The notes: a model not told the origin generated them from the sequence alone. Counted from the stretch's first letter, positions 30,200-42,476 are shown. The stretch is DNA of 64,000 nt from a candidate division FCPU426 bacterium (GCA_963830915.1 CAWHOE010000006.1:1-64000); one strand, 5' to 3'. A program made the numbers and translations.

Positions 30200-33100
30200 A
30201 TGAGTAGCCTTTTCAACTTATTTCTCCCGATCCTTTTGGCAGGCATCTCCAGTATTTTTTTCATCGATTTGAAAAAACGATTTATTTCAAACAATTCCCT
30301 TTTAACCATGCGATCGGGTGAAAAAATCGGAACGAATCATTCGGTTAATATCCTTCATCCGCTCTCGCTTATTTTTCTATCCTTCTTATTTGGCGCGGCC
30401 GCTCCTCGCGCGTCCTGGGCGTGGTGTGGCCTTAGTTCCCCCGCGGTGGATCTGCAGGTCTATTGCGTCAGCCAAGGAGGCACCAACGATAAATGGAATA
30501 TCAAGTTGGTCAATAATGACAGTGTTCCATTGACCCTGAGCTCCACCAATTTGGTGATCTACATGTGGGTTAACGACAACAACACCGGATCGATAACGAC
30601 CAATTGGCAAGGGACGAATGGAGCGCTTTATGATTCCACGGGCACTGACATCAACAACGCGGTTGTAGTCACCGACCAAACACCGATCAACGGGGTAACA
30701 GTCGTTCCCAATTGTGTAAGTGCTGGTCCCATCACGACCAACCAGATCGCGGAATTACCAGTCTCATTCATCGGTGGTAGCACTGTCATTCCGGTCGGGG
30801 GATGGCTGGAAGGCGTCCAGATGAGGGTGAAGGCTGGGAGTGGACTTAATTTCACCAATAACGGGCAATGGTATACCCAAAGCACTGTTGGAAGTTCCTA
30901 CGCGAGTGTGACGTGGGTAGGGCTTTATGCTGGCACAGAATTGGTATCCGAAACGATCTCGCCAGGACAGGAGGACCCTAACACTGGGATTCCGCCTTGC
31001 GGTCCCTGCTCATCCTCCAATACACTTTCGCCAACTAAAACTTTTACACCCGCTTCAACACCGACCCGAACACCAACCGTGAACCAGACAGCTACCGCGG
31101 CGGGAACAGCCACGGCCCAGGCTAATGCCACGGCGACCCAACAAGCCAACCAAACGAATACAGAAGTAGTACTCCTGTCCGAAACTCCAACTTTTACCCC
31201 AACCCGAACACCTTCCCAAACCCCGAGCCCGACAGTTAACAAAACCGCTACCGCCGCTGGAACAGCCACAGCCCAGGCGAACGCTACCGCCACACAACAA
31301 GCCAACCTAACCCAGACCGAAGTAACCCTGTTGTCCCGAACCCCGACTCCGACTTTATCCTTTACACCCACTCTCACCTCAACCCCAACTCTCACTCCCA
31401 CCGTGAACCAGACGGCTACCGCCGCTGGAACGGCCACGGCCCAAGCGAACGCTACCGCGACCCAACAAGCCAATGCCACAGCTACTCAAAAGGCCAATCT
31501 GACCCAGACGGAAGTGACCCTGTTGTCCGAGACGCCGACCTTTACTTCAACCTTTACCCCCACACCGACTTCAACACCGACTCTCACTCCCACCGTGAAT
31601 CAGACGGCTACCGCCGCTGGAACGGCCACGGCCCAAGCGAACGCTACCGCGACCCAACAAGCCAATGCCACAGCTACTCAAAAGGCCAATCTGACCCAGA
31701 CGGAAGTGACCCTGTTGTCCGAGACGCCGACCTTTACTTCAACCTTTACCCCCACACCGACTTCAACACCGACTCTCACTCCCACCGTGAATCAGACGGC
31801 TACCGCCGCCGGAACAGCCACGGCCCAAGCAAACGCTACCGCGACCCAACAAGCCAACAACACCGCCACGGCTCAGGCCAATGCCACCTCTACAGCCCAA
31901 GCTAATGCCACGGCCACTCAACAGGCCAATCTGACCCAAACCGAAGTGACACTGTTGTCTGAGACGCCGACCTTTACTTCAACCTTTACCCCCACACCGA
32001 CTTCAACACCGACTCTCACTCCCACCGTGAATCAGACGGCTACCGCCGCCGGAACAGCCACGGCCCAAGCAAACGCTACCGCGACCCAACAAGCCAACAA
32101 CACCGCCACGGCTCAGGCCAACGCCACCTCTACATCCCAAACCAACGCCACAGCCACGCAACAGGCCAACTTGACCCAGACGGAAGTGACCCTGTTGTCC
32201 GAGACACCAACCTTTACCTCTACCTTTACACCCACTCTCACTTCAACCCCAACTCTCACTCCCACCGTGAACCAAACGGCTACCGCCGCTGGAACGGCCA
32301 CGGCCCAAGCGAACGCCACCGCGACCCAACAGGCCAACAACACCGCCACGGCTCAAGCCAACGCTACCTCCACGGCCCAGGCTAACGCCACCGCCACTCA
32401 GCAGGCCAACAACACCGCGACCGCTCAAGCGAATGCCACCTCTACGGCTCAAGCTAACGCCACGGCCACTCAACAAGCCAACCTGACCCAGACGGAAGTG
32501 ACCCTGTTGTCCGAGACGCCGACCTTTACGTCTACCTTTACTCCTACTCCCACTTCAACCCCGACCCTTACTCCGACTGTGAACCAGACGGCTACCGCCG
32601 CTGGAACAGCAACAGCCCAAGCGAACGCTACCGCCACCCAGCAGGCCAACAACACAGCCACGGCTCAGGCCAACGCCACCTCCACAGCCCAAGCCAATGC
32701 CACAGCCACTCAACAGGCCAACAACACCGCGACCGCGCAAGCTAATGCCACTTCCACAGCTCAAGCAAACGCTACTTCCACTGCCCAGGCGAATGCCACG
32801 GCCACCCAACAAGCCAACCTGACCCAGACCGAAGTGACATTGTTGTCTGAGACGCCGACATTTACTTCGACATTTACTCCCACACCCACTTCAACCCCGA
32901 CTTTCACTCCCACAGTGAACCAAACGGCTACCGCCGCAGGTACAGCCACAGCCCAAGCGAACGCTACCGCGACCCAACAAGCCAACAACACCGCCACGGC
33001 TCAGGCCAATGCCACCTCTACAGCCCAAGCTAATTCCACAGCCACTCAACAGGCCAACCTAACCCAGACCGAAGTGACATTGTTGTCTGAGACGCCGACA

Positions 33101-36100
33101 ATTACTTCGACCTTTACTCCCACACCCACTTCAACCCCGACTTTCACTCCCACAGTGAACCAGACGGCTACCGCCGCAGGTACAGCCACAGCCCAAGCGA
33201 ACGCTACCGCCACACAACAGGCCAACCTAACACAGACGGAAGTGACCCTGTTGTCTGAGACGCCGACATTTACTTCGACCTTTACTCCCACACCCACTTC
33301 AACCCCGACTTTCACTCCCACAGTAAACCAGACGGCTACCGCCGCAGGAACAGCCACAGCCCAGGCGAACGCTACCGCGACACAGAAGGCCAATGAAACC
33401 GCGACCGCTCAAGCCAACGCCACCTCCACAGCCCAAGCTAATTCCACAGCCACTCAACAGGCCAACCTAACCCAGACCGAAGTGACACTGTTGTCTGAGA
33501 CGCCAACCTTTACGTCGACCTTTACTCCCACACCCACTTCAACCCCGACTTTCACTCCTACAGCGAACCAGACTGCTACCGCCGCCGGAACGGCCACGGC
33601 ACAAGCGAACGCTACCGCGACCCAACAAGCCAACAACACCGCAACCGCTCAAGCCAACGCCACCTCCACAGCTCAAGCAAACGCTACTTCCACTGCCCAA
33701 GCTAATGCCACAGCCACTCAACAGGCCAACCTAACCCAGACCGAAGTGACCCTTTTGTCCGAGACGCCGACCTTTACTTCAACCTTTACTCCCACTCCCA
33801 CCTCAACCCCGACTTTCACTCCTACAGCGAACCAGACTGCTACCGCCGCCGGAACGGCCACGGCACAAGCGAACGCTACCGCGACCCAACAAGCCAACAA
33901 CACCGCAACCGCTCAAGCCAACGCCACCTCCACAGCTCAAGCAAACGCTACTTCCACTGCCCAAGCTAATGCCACAGCCACTCAACAGGCCAACCTAACC
34001 CAGACCGAAGTGACCCTTTTGTCCGAGACGCCGACCTTTACTTCAACCTTTACTCCCACTCCCACCTCAACCCCGACTTTCACTCCTACAGCGAACCAGA
34101 CTGCTACCGCCGCCGGAACGGCCACGGCACAAGCGAACGCTACCGCGACCCAACAAGCCAACAACACCGCAACCGCTCAAGCCAACGCCACCTCCACAGC
34201 CCAGGCGAACTCCACGGCCACTCAACAGGCCAACCTAACCCTGACCGAAGTGACACTGTTGTCCGAGACACCGACCTTTACATCAACCTTTACTCCCACT
34301 CCCACCTCAACCCCGACTTTCACTCCTACAGCGAACCAGACTGCTACCGCCGCCGGAACGGCCACGGCACAAGCGAACGCTACCGCGACCCAACAAGCCA
34401 ACAACACCGCAACCGCTCAAGCCAACGCCACCTCCACAGCCCAGGCGAACTCCACGGCCACTCAACAGGCCAACCTAACCCTAACCGAAGTGACACTGTT
34501 GTCCGAGACACCAACCTTTACTTCAACCTTTACCCCCACTCCCACATCTACCCCAACACTCACTCCTACAGCAAACCAGACTGCTACCGCCGCAGGAACA
34601 GCCACAGCCCAAGCGAATTCCACTGCCACCGAACAAGCCAACGAAACCGCGACAGCGCAAGCTAATGCCACTTCCACAGCTCAAGCAAACGCTACTTCCA
34701 CTGCCCAAGCCAATGCCACAGCCACCCAACAAGCCAACTTGACCCAAACCGAAGTGACCTTGTTATCGGAAACCCCAACCTATACCCCAAGCTTTACCTT
34801 CACCTTTACCCCTACTTTTACACCCACCAGCACGCCCACGAATTTCTCGACGGCACCGGTCTGTCTGTCAATCGTATCGAGTTTTAATTCCCCTAATGCC
34901 AACAACATCAACGGAAGCGCTTTGGACTCAAGGAACAACTTATACCTCTCCCAAAGTGACGTGCTGGTTTTCAATTCCGCTGGCCATAAATCAGCGGAAT
35001 GGGGTTCGTCGCTTAGAACACCTCGGGGATTGACCGTGGACAACGCGGTAAGCCTGGTTTACGTGGTGAACAGTGCCGGCAACCAAGTGGATCTATTCAC
35101 CTTAGCCGGGGTTTTACAAACCCAATTCTCTGTCGCGTCCAACGGAACCACCTTCAACAACCCTACGGGAATAGCCCTCGACATCAACAGGAATGTTTAT
35201 GTGGCCGATACCGGCAACAATCAAGTGGCGGTTTTTGGTCCTTATCCCGGCAACAGCCCCCTGACAGTCATCAACGGTTTAAATTCCCCCGAAGGCATTG
35301 CCGTGGATGGGTTGGGCGACATCTATGTGGGGGAATCGGGGGTTTCCCAGATCATCCAATTCAACTCTTCCTTCCAGAGCCAATTCAGTTTCAACGCGAA
35401 CGGAGGGTTAGGTGAACCCTACGAGATGAAGATAGACGGCCAGGGAAATATATGGGTCGGCGACGGACTCAATAATATTTTATGGGTCTTTAACCCGGGC
35501 GGGGTTGTGCTGGGTAGTTTCTCCGGCACCGACATCGGAGGAAGCGCCTTTAGTAAGCCCAGAGTTTCAGTGACCGGATCGACCGGTTACGCGCCGAACG
35601 GTTTAGGCACCCTGGTTCAGAAATTCAGCGTTATCGCCTGCCCCGCGACTCCAACCCCCACTCCTAATCTGGGGCCGGATATCGCCGCACGTTCGAAAGG
35701 ACAAACCACTTACACGCCTACGCCGACCCCCACGATCACACCATCCTTCACGGCTACCCCAACTTCGGTTATTGGAAATATGTCAGTGGTGGCCGCGCCA
35801 AATATTTCCCGTCATGGGGAACCAATCCGATTCCTGGTGATACTTCCTAAACCCGCCCAGGTTCATTTGACCCTTTTAACCCTTTTAGGAGAGCCGGTCT
35901 GCCAAGTTACATCCCAAGGAACTTCCGGCTTGAATACACTCGTATGGAATGTCCGAAACAACATGGATCAGGCGGTTGCAAGCGGGCTCTATCTCTACGC
36001 GCTCGAAACGGACGATGGGACTCTAGTGGCGAGGAAGAACTGGAAAGGTGATTGTTTTACATTAGCACGAGGACAAAAGGAGTATTTTCGATTCGCTCCA

Positions 36101-36121
36101 ATTCCGCACAGCATTGGATGA
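30200..36121 (+). CDS. Giant surface protein: CBM3-like N-domain, ~1260-aa Thr/Ala/Asn/Gln/Pro repeat stalk, NHL beta-propeller, T9SS/FlgD-like CTD
   Basis: ATG at 30200 follows GGAAGGGAG; WNIKLVNNDSVPLTLS (CBM3-like, tentative); 16 TEVxLLS(E/R)TP modules; NHL motifs PTGIALD...VYVADTGNN; VAAPNIS...WN...ASGLYLY. Confidence 0.8.
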   Translation: MSSLFNLFLPILLAGISSIFFIDLKKRFISNNSLLTMRSGEKIGTNHSVNILHPLSLIFLSFLFGAAAPRASWAWCGLSSPAVDLQVYCVSQGGTNDKWNIKLVNNDSVPLTLSSTNLVIYMWVNDNNTGSITTNWQGTNGALYDSTGTDINNAVVVTDQTPINGVTVVPNCVSAGPITTNQIAELPVSFIGGSTVIPVGGWLEGVQMRVKAGSGLNFTNNGQWYTQSTVGSSYASVTWVGLYAGTELVSETISPGQEDPNTGIPPCGPCSSSNTLSPTKTFTPASTPTRTPTVNQTATAAGTATAQANATATQQANQTNTEVVLLSETPTFTPTRTPSQTPSPTVNKTATAAGTATAQANATATQQANLTQTEVTLLSRTPTPTLSFTPTLTSTPTLTPTVNQTATAAGTATAQANATATQQANATATQKANLTQTEVTLLSETPTFTSTFTPTPTSTPTLTPTVNQTATAAGTATAQANATATQQANATATQKANLTQTEVTLLSETPTFTSTFTPTPTSTPTLTPTVNQTATAAGTATAQANATATQQANNTATAQANATSTAQANATATQQANLTQTEVTLLSETPTFTSTFTPTPTSTPTLTPTVNQTATAAGTATAQANATATQQANNTATAQANATSTSQTNATATQQANLTQTEVTLLSETPTFTSTFTPTLTSTPTLTPTVNQTATAAGTATAQANATATQQANNTATAQANATSTAQANATATQQANNTATAQANATSTAQANATATQQANLTQTEVTLLSETPTFTSTFTPTPTSTPTLTPTVNQTATAAGTATAQANATATQQANNTATAQANATSTAQANATATQQANNTATAQANATSTAQANATSTAQANATATQQANLTQTEVTLLSETPTFTSTFTPTPTSTPTFTPTVNQTATAAGTATAQANATATQQANNTATAQANATSTAQANSTATQQANLTQTEVTLLSETPTITSTFTPTPTSTPTFTPTVNQTATAAGTATAQANATATQQANLTQTEVTLLSETPTFTSTFTPTPTSTPTFTPTVNQTATAAGTATAQANATATQKANETATAQANATSTAQANSTATQQANLTQTEVTLLSETPTFTSTFTPTPTSTPTFTPTANQTATAAGTATAQANATATQQANNTATAQANATSTAQANATSTAQANATATQQANLTQTEVTLLSETPTFTSTFTPTPTSTPTFTPTANQTATAAGTATAQANATATQQANNTATAQANATSTAQANATSTAQANATATQQANLTQTEVTLLSETPTFTSTFTPTPTSTPTFTPTANQTATAAGTATAQANATATQQANNTATAQANATSTAQANSTATQQANLTLTEVTLLSETPTFTSTFTPTPTSTPTFTPTANQTATAAGTATAQANATATQQANNTATAQANATSTAQANSTATQQANLTLTEVTLLSETPTFTSTFTPTPTSTPTLTPTANQTATAAGTATAQANSTATEQANETATAQANATSTAQANATSTAQANATATQQANLTQTEVTLLSETPTYTPSFTFTFTPTFTPTSTPTNFSTAPVCLSIVSSFNSPNANNINGSALDSRNNLYLSQSDVLVFNSAGHKSAEWGSSLRTPRGLTVDNAVSLVYVVNSAGNQVDLFTLAGVLQTQFSVASNGTTFNNPTGIALDINRNVYVADTGNNQVAVFGPYPGNSPLTVINGLNSPEGIAVDGLGDIYVGESGVSQIIQFNSSFQSQFSFNANGGLGEPYEMKIDGQGNIWVGDGLNNILWVFNPGGVVLGSFSGTDIGGSAFSKPRVSVTGSTGYAPNGLGTLVQKFSVIACPATPTPTPNLGPDIAARSKGQTTYTPTPTPTITPSFTATPTSVIGNMSVVAAPNISRHGEPIRFLVILPKPAQVHLTLLTLLGEPVCQVTSQGTSGLNTLVWNVRNNMDQAVASGLYLYALETDDGTLVARKNWKGDCFTLARGQKEYFRFAPIPHSIG

Positions 36122-36170
36122 CTCGAAAAGGCGTTTTGGCGTCATGAAATTTTATACCAATTGAAGAGAG

Positions 36171-36221
36171 CCATTCGACAGGCTCACGGCTTAGTAAATC
36201 CGCCCTGAGTTTATCGAAGGG
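36171..36221. repeat. REP-like imperfect palindrome
   Basis: CCATTCGACAGGCTCACGGC pairs with GCCCTGAGTTTATCGAAGGG. Confidence 0.55.
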
Positions 36222-36347
36222 TTTCCCGGTCTAAGGAACCGGGTGCCATTACCGTGGTTTCACCCGTCAAATCCGAGGACATTTCCTTGTTTAGTTCCGG
36301 CTCGTCCGGGTTAGGGAATGCAACAACATAAAAGGGGGGACATTCAG

Positions 36348-39300
36348 ATGAGTCGTTTACAAAAACTTTTATTTTTCCCCTTCTTATTCCTCCTGCCCTG
36401 TTTTTTCCTGTTTGGTGTCGCGCCGCGCGCGGCCTTGAAACCCCTCGCCGCGTCCCTGGACAAAAAAGCCCGGTCCCATATCCTTGATTCCTATGGCAAT
36501 CTCCCCCTTTGGTTCGAACCCAACGAAGGCCAAGCCGATCCCCAGGTGAAGTTCCTGGCGCGGGGAGGCGGCTATGCCCTCTACCTCACACCTGCCGAGG
36601 CGGTATTCGTGATGAATCGGCGTGAATCCAATGGCAAAACGAAATCCAAGAAACTAAAAAGCAACGTTACCCTCTGCCAACCCCATCAACCGGAAGTTTT
36701 GCGATTAAGGCTTTCGGGGGGCAATCGCAAGGCCGTTTTCGAGGGCATGGGGAAAATGGAAGGCCTGAGCCATTACTTCATGGGCGCCGATCCCAGCCAT
36801 TGGCGCATGGGCGTGGCGCAATACTCGAAAATCATGGTGAGAGGCGTTTATCCGGGCATCGACATGGCTTACTACGGAAACCAAAAAAAACTTGAATACG
36901 ACTTCGTGGTTGCGCCGGGAGCGGACCCTGGGTTGATCACTTTCCACCCCAGGGGATACCAAACGGTTCGGGTGGATAGACAAGGAAATCTGGTTTTCGG
37001 AATGGCTCGCGAGAATATGCGTTTCGGGAAGCCGGTGTTGTATCAGGAACAGGAGAGCATCGTAAAGGGTGGATGGAAAACGATCAAAACTCTGGTCGAA
37101 GGCCGTTACACGGTCAAGGAGGATGGGCTTATCGGGTTTGAGGTGGGGGCCTATGATAAGTCCCGTTCACTAGTGATCGATCCACCCCTCTTTTATTCGA
37201 CCTACTTGGGCGGGAGTGGGGACGATAAGGGAAACGCCATCGCGGTGGACAGTTCAGGGAACGCTTATGTGACCGGGCAGACCAACGGAAGTTTCCCCAC
37301 CAGCAGCGGGGCCTATCAGACAATTTATGGCGGCGGGAGCGATGCCGTTTTCGTGGCAAAACTGAATGCCTCCGGCACTACCCTGCTTTATTCGACCTAC
37401 CTGGGCGGCAGCGGTGACGATTATGCCAATGGTATCGCGGTGGATGGTTCGGGGAACGTTTACGTGACGGGCCAGACCACTAGTGGAAATTTCCCTACGA
37501 CCAGCGGCGCCGCGCAAACCCTGTTCGGAGGAAGCACCAATGGTTTTGTGACTAAATTGAACGCGGCGGGAAGTTCATTGCTCTATTCGACTTACCTTGG
37601 CGGTGACTCGGACAATTACGCCCAAGCCATAGCGATCGACGGAACGGGGAACGCTTACGTAACAGGCCAAACTACAAGCGGAGATTTCCCAACAACCAGC
37701 GGAGCCGCGCAAACGGTCTTTGGCGGGGATCAAAATGTTTTCGTGGTCAAGTTGAACGCTTCAGGAACGGCCCCTGTCTATTCGACCTACCTGGGCGGGA
37801 GCGGGGCCGATTACGCCTATGGGATCGCGTTGGATGGTTCGCAGAACGCTTACGTAACAGGATCAACTAATTCCACCGATTTTCCCACGACCAACGGAGC
37901 CTATCAGTCGGTTTATGGCGGCGGAAGTGACGCCGTTTTCGTGGCAAAACTAAACTCCTCCGGGACCACCTTTTCCTATTCCACTTACCTGGGAGGGAGC
38001 GTGAATGACAATGCCTTTGGGATCGCGGTGGATGGTTCCGGAAACGCTTACATAACCGGGTCTACCAGCGGAAGTTTCCCCACCACCGGCGGGGCTTATC
38101 AGGAAACCTTCAACACGAACGCCGCCGATAACGCTTTTGTGGCGGAACTGAATTCCGCCGGAACGATCCTGGTTTATTCGACCTATATAGGTGGAAGCGT
38201 CGACGATTATGCCCAAGGCATCGCCGTGGATAGTTCAGGGAACGCTTACGTGACGGGCACGACCGCTTCCACAGATTTCCCCATTACCGGCGACGCCTAT
38301 CAAACGTCTTACGCGGGAAACGGCTATGCCGTTTTCGTGTCTGAATTGAATTCAGCCGGAAGCACCTTGGTCTATTCAACCTATCTGAGCGGGAGCCCCG
38401 CCTCTGCCGCGGATGATCAAGGCAACGGCATCGCGGTGGACTCAGCGGGGGGAATTTACGTAGCGGGGTACACTGGCGGAGGATTCGCCACGACCAGCGG
38501 AGCGGCGCAGACGGTTTTTGGCGGGATCGAGGACGCATTTGCGGCTAAGTTATATTCCGCCCCGACTCCCACTCCGACCAACACCGTGACCGCGACCCCT
38601 ACCTTTACCATGACCAATACCATTACTGAAACCTCTTCCAGTACAGCGACCAATACAGCGACCAACACGTCCACCGAAACTCCGGTCAATACCGCCACCA
38701 ACACAGGGACAAATACGGAAACCCTAACCGCCACCGATACACCCACAAATTCGGCCACGAATTCCTCGACCAACACCCCAACCTTTACCACGACGAATAC
38801 CTCGAGCAATACTTTCACCGATACTCCGTCCAATACGGCCACCAATACGGGGACTAATTCAGCAACCCCGACAGCAACCGATTCACCCACCAACACGCCC
38901 ACAAGCTCCACGACCAACACCCCAACCTTTACCGCGACGAATACCTCGAGCAATACTTTCACCGACACTCCGTCCAATACGGCCACCAATACAGGGACTA
39001 ATTCAGCAACCCCGACAGCAACCGATTCACCCACCAACACGCCCACAAGCTCCACGACCAACACCCCAACCTTTACCGCGACGAATACCTCGAGCAATAC
39101 TTTCACCGACACTCCGTCCAATACGGCCACCAATACGGGGACTAATTCAGCAACCCAGACGCCCACCCCCACCCCGACAGTGAACCAGACTGCCACCGCC
39201 GCCGGTACGGCTACGGCCCAGATGAACGCCACCGCCACTCAACAGGCCAACCTTACCCAAACAGAAGTGACCCTCTTGTCCGAGACACCGACCTTTACTT

Positions 39301-40550
39301 CAACCTTTACTCCCACACCCACTTCAACCCCGACTCTCACTTCCACCGTAAACCAAACGGCTACCGCCGCTGGAACAGCCACAGCCCAGGCGAACGCTAC
39401 TTTCACTGCCCAAGCGAATTCTACAGCCACCGAACAAGCCAATGAAACCGCAACAGCGCAAGCTAATTCCACAGCGACCCAACAGGCCAACCAAACCGCA
39501 ACAGTCGCAGGAACAGCCACTTCCCAAATGAACGCAACCGCCACCCAACAGGTCAATGACACCGCAACCGCGCAAGCGAATGCCACTTCTACAGCCCAAG
39601 CGAACGCTACCGCGACCCAGCAGGCCAACCAGACCCAGACGGAAGTGGCCCTGTTGTCCGAGACACCGACCTTTACGTCAACCTTTACTCCCACTCCCAC
39701 CTCAACCCCGACTCTCACTGCCACTATGAATCAAACTGCCACTGCCGTTGGAACCGCCACGGCCCAGATGAACGCCACAGCCACTCAACAAGCCAACGAA
39801 AGCGCCACAGCCCAGGCCAACGCCACTTCAACAGCTCAAGCTAATGCCACTGCCACCGAACAAGCCAACGGAACCGCAACTGCCCAGGCTAATGCCACAG
39901 CCACCCAACAAGCCAACCAGACCCAAACTGAAGTGACGCTCTTGTCCGAAACACCGACAACAACCCCTACTCCCACATTCACCATCACATCCACCGAGAC
40001 CTTCACCGACACCTCCACCATCACGAATACAGCGACCCAGTCTCCAACGTCCACCACCACAAACTCGCCCACCAGTACGCCATCATGGACCGTCACGAGT
40101 ACCCAGACGGAAACTTTCACCCCGAATGGAACTCTTGTATTCCAGGAAACGGCGACAGCCCAGGCGAATCAAACGGCAACAGAGGTTTGGATCCAGTCCC
40201 AAACGCCGACCTTTACCCCCACGATCACATCCACCGGAGCCTCTACCGCCACCCCAACGGTCGATATCCCCCTGGCCTTAGGAGCGAACGAATTCAAGGA
40301 CCTCACGGACCCTCCTTTGAGGATCGACTATTGGGTGGAAAACAGCGGGAGTGTCCAGATCCGTATTTATAGCGCCGTGGACCTTTTGGTACGGCATCTC
40401 GCCAGTTTAAACCAGGCCGCGGGGGCCTATACGATCTACTGGGACGGCAGGGACGACACGGGAGCTCCCCTGGCCTCGGGGCTTTACCTGGTCGCCGTTT
40501 TCGAAAACCAACGGGTGGAAATCAAGAAAGTTCTGGTGTTCAAACAATGA
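36348..40550 (+). CDS. SBBP beta-propeller surface protein with Thr-rich repeats and a FlgD/T9SS-like CTD
   Basis: [24 protein letters not shown] and LVIDP N-domain; seven YSTY(L/I)(G/S)G...IAVD..GNAYVTG repeats; [17 protein letters not shown]...KKVLVFKQ. Confidence 0.85.
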   Translation: MSRLQKLLFFPFLFLLPCFFLFGVAPRAALKPLAASLDKKARSHILDSYGNLPLWFEPNEGQADPQVKFLARGGGYALYLTPAEAVFVMNRRESNGKTKSKKLKSNVTLCQPHQPEVLRLRLSGGNRKAVFEGMGKMEGLSHYFMGADPSHWRMGVAQYSKIMVRGVYPGIDMAYYGNQKKLEYDFVVAPGADPGLITFHPRGYQTVRVDRQGNLVFGMARENMRFGKPVLYQEQESIVKGGWKTIKTLVEGRYTVKEDGLIGFEVGAYDKSRSLVIDPPLFYSTYLGGSGDDKGNAIAVDSSGNAYVTGQTNGSFPTSSGAYQTIYGGGSDAVFVAKLNASGTTLLYSTYLGGSGDDYANGIAVDGSGNVYVTGQTTSGNFPTTSGAAQTLFGGSTNGFVTKLNAAGSSLLYSTYLGGDSDNYAQAIAIDGTGNAYVTGQTTSGDFPTTSGAAQTVFGGDQNVFVVKLNASGTAPVYSTYLGGSGADYAYGIALDGSQNAYVTGSTNSTDFPTTNGAYQSVYGGGSDAVFVAKLNSSGTTFSYSTYLGGSVNDNAFGIAVDGSGNAYITGSTSGSFPTTGGAYQETFNTNAADNAFVAELNSAGTILVYSTYIGGSVDDYAQGIAVDSSGNAYVTGTTASTDFPITGDAYQTSYAGNGYAVFVSELNSAGSTLVYSTYLSGSPASAADDQGNGIAVDSAGGIYVAGYTGGGFATTSGAAQTVFGGIEDAFAAKLYSAPTPTPTNTVTATPTFTMTNTITETSSSTATNTATNTSTETPVNTATNTGTNTETLTATDTPTNSATNSSTNTPTFTTTNTSSNTFTDTPSNTATNTGTNSATPTATDSPTNTPTSSTTNTPTFTATNTSSNTFTDTPSNTATNTGTNSATPTATDSPTNTPTSSTTNTPTFTATNTSSNTFTDTPSNTATNTGTNSATQTPTPTPTVNQTATAAGTATAQMNATATQQANLTQTEVTLLSETPTFTSTFTPTPTSTPTLTSTVNQTATAAGTATAQANATFTAQANSTATEQANETATAQANSTATQQANQTATVAGTATSQMNATATQQVNDTATAQANATSTAQANATATQQANQTQTEVALLSETPTFTSTFTPTPTSTPTLTATMNQTATAVGTATAQMNATATQQANESATAQANATSTAQANATATEQANGTATAQANATATQQANQTQTEVTLLSETPTTTPTPTFTITSTETFTDTSTITNTATQSPTSTTTNSPTSTPSWTVTSTQTETFTPNGTLVFQETATAQANQTATEVWIQSQTPTFTPTITSTGASTATPTVDIPLALGANEFKDLTDPPLRIDYWVENSGSVQIRIYSAVDLLVRHLASLNQAAGAYTIYWDGRDDTGAPLASGLYLVAVFENQRVEIKKVLVFKQ

Positions 40551-42430
40551 TCCATCAACGACACTTATTCCTATCCTTGGAACTCGACCTTCCAAAAGGG
40601 CGCTCTATCCTTCGGCACCTGGCTTTTTGGGGACTTTGGGCGGTCTTGTGGTTGCCGGGAGGAACACAGGCCGTCCCCCTGACAACGGGGGCGGATTTCC
40701 TTTTGATGACCACCGGCGCCCGGCCGGACGGGATGGGCCAGGCCTTCAGCGCCGTCGCGGATGATATCAACACCCTCTCCTTCAACCCGGCTGGTTTGGG
40801 CAATATCCGCCTGCCTGAGATCGGATATGGTTACGAGAGCTTCGCGGCCGGCATCAATTATAACTTTTTAGGAGCGGGCATCCCTTTGGGGGAAATGGGG
40901 GTAATGGGCCTGGGCTATATCAGCATGGGGACGGCGCCCTTCAACAGCACGGCCAACCCCTCGGCGCCCTTGGTTTCGGCCCAAGACGAGGCTTTGGTCG
41001 CCGGCTGGGGCCGGTCGTTTTACGACCTGCACGTTGGAGCGTCCGTGAAGTACATCATCCGCCAGTTGGACGCGGTCCAGGGGACTGGACTGGCTTTCGA
41101 CCTGGGCCTAAGGTACCGTCCTATGCCTACCCTGACATTGGCCGCCAGCGCCATGAACCTTGGGGAAGGGATAAGGCTTGCCTCTCTGGAGCCCCTGCCC
41201 ACAGTGTTGAACACGGGTATCGCCTGGACTCTGATCGAGGAGCCCCTCCACACGCTCACCTTGGCGGTCAATGGGGCTTTTGACTTGGCCACCAATACCC
41301 AGCAAGCTGGATTGGGGGCGGAGTATTGGTACCAGGACGAATTCGCCTTGAGGGCCGGTTACCTGGCCAATTCCATCGATACAACGGTCGATCCCGACGG
41401 GTTCTCGGCCGGCGCCGGAATACGGGTTTCTTTTTTCCAATTGGACTACGCCTTCCAGCCCTTCAATACACTGGGTATGGTCCACCGGGTCTCGGGCATC
41501 TTGCGGTGGGATGGCCCTTGGATCGCGGGCGGTGAACCCAATCCACCGAAATACGTGAACGCGGAGCAGACGGACGATGGCATTATCATCCGCTGGGAGA
41601 AACCCCAGGGACCTGCCGACTCTTATGAGATATTGATCCAGCCGCTGGACGGAGGGCCAAAAATCGTTTCCGACCCAGTTCGGAAGCCGCCTTATTGTTT
41701 TAAATCGTATAAGCCCGAGACCTTGTACAGGATAGCCGCACGTACCGTGAACGGAGGAAAACGCAGTTTCCCCTCGCCCGACACCTACCTTTTCACCTCT
41801 TCCCTTCCACCCTCCCTGGAACGGGAGGTGGAAAGGTCCATCAGCCCAACCTCGATAACCCATGGAGTGCGGGGGCAAGTGGATGCCGTCGGGCTTCACC
41901 TATCTTGGAAATCAGTCCCGGGATCATCGGGATACCAGCTGTACCGTCAATCACCCGCCGGCCGTGTTGAGAAGGTCAGCCTGGTTCCCAAGCGTAATAA
42001 CGAGGTCTGGGTGACCGACACATCCGGGGATGCTGGATGGAAGTGGATCGTTACGACAATCCGGGACGATGGGGAAAAAGTGGTCGGAGCTCTGGTATGG
42101 AATCCCCTGCCCGCGGAATTGGACCGGCTCGCGCAACCACCCGCGGTTAAGCTTCACGCCTCACCCGAACTGTCAGACCAGGTTTATTTGGATTGGAGCG
42201 TCAAGAAGGGGTACCAACCCGGATATTCGCTCTTTCTCAGCAAGGCTCCGGATTTCGTCTATGAATTTTTCGAAGATTTAAATTCAGATGATCCCACAGT
42301 CCTTTTAAAAATGGCCCCCGGTTGGAGCCATCTTTTCTTCCTCGTTGCCCCCAAAATACCCGAGGGAGGGTGGTCTGCCCGTTCCAACCAGGCCATGGTG
42401 GAACCCTTGCCTCAAGTGGATCACAAGTGA
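40547..42430 (+). CDS. PorV/UPF0164-like outer-membrane barrel with a C-terminal FN3-like extension
   Basis: [26 protein letters not shown]...NPAGLG, GAEYW, LRAGY, LDYAF; ATGA overlap with the upstream gene. Confidence 0.8.
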   Translation: MIHQRHLFLSLELDLPKGRSILRHLAFWGLWAVLWLPGGTQAVPLTTGADFLLMTTGARPDGMGQAFSAVADDINTLSFNPAGLGNIRLPEIGYGYESFAAGINYNFLGAGIPLGEMGVMGLGYISMGTAPFNSTANPSAPLVSAQDEALVAGWGRSFYDLHVGASVKYIIRQLDAVQGTGLAFDLGLRYRPMPTLTLAASAMNLGEGIRLASLEPLPTVLNTGIAWTLIEEPLHTLTLAVNGAFDLATNTQQAGLGAEYWYQDEFALRAGYLANSIDTTVDPDGFSAGAGIRVSFFQLDYAFQPFNTLGMVHRVSGILRWDGPWIAGGEPNPPKYVNAEQTDDGIIIRWEKPQGPADSYEILIQPLDGGPKIVSDPVRKPPYCFKSYKPETLYRIAARTVNGGKRSFPSPDTYLFTSSLPPSLEREVERSISPTSITHGVRGQVDAVGLHLSWKSVPGSSGYQLYRQSPAGRVEKVSLVPKRNNEVWVTDTSGDAGWKWIVTTIRDDGEKVVGALVWNPLPAELDRLAQPPAVKLHASPELSDQVYLDWSVKKGYQPGYSLFLSKAPDFVYEFFEDLNSDDPTVLLKMAPGWSHLFFLVAPKIPEGGWSARSNQAMVEPLPQVDHK

Positions 42431-42476
42431 AGTGGGGCGGATTTGTGAAAAGGACAAACCCGCGACTATGTAATGC

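Noticed and set aside
30925..35043. Series of Val/Ala/Gly-rich - strand ORFs
   Set aside because: They are the reverse-complement reading of the Thr/Ala/Pro repeat stalk
29496..42457. Prophage or ICE
   Set aside because: No integrase, phage or conjugation genes lie between the direct repeats
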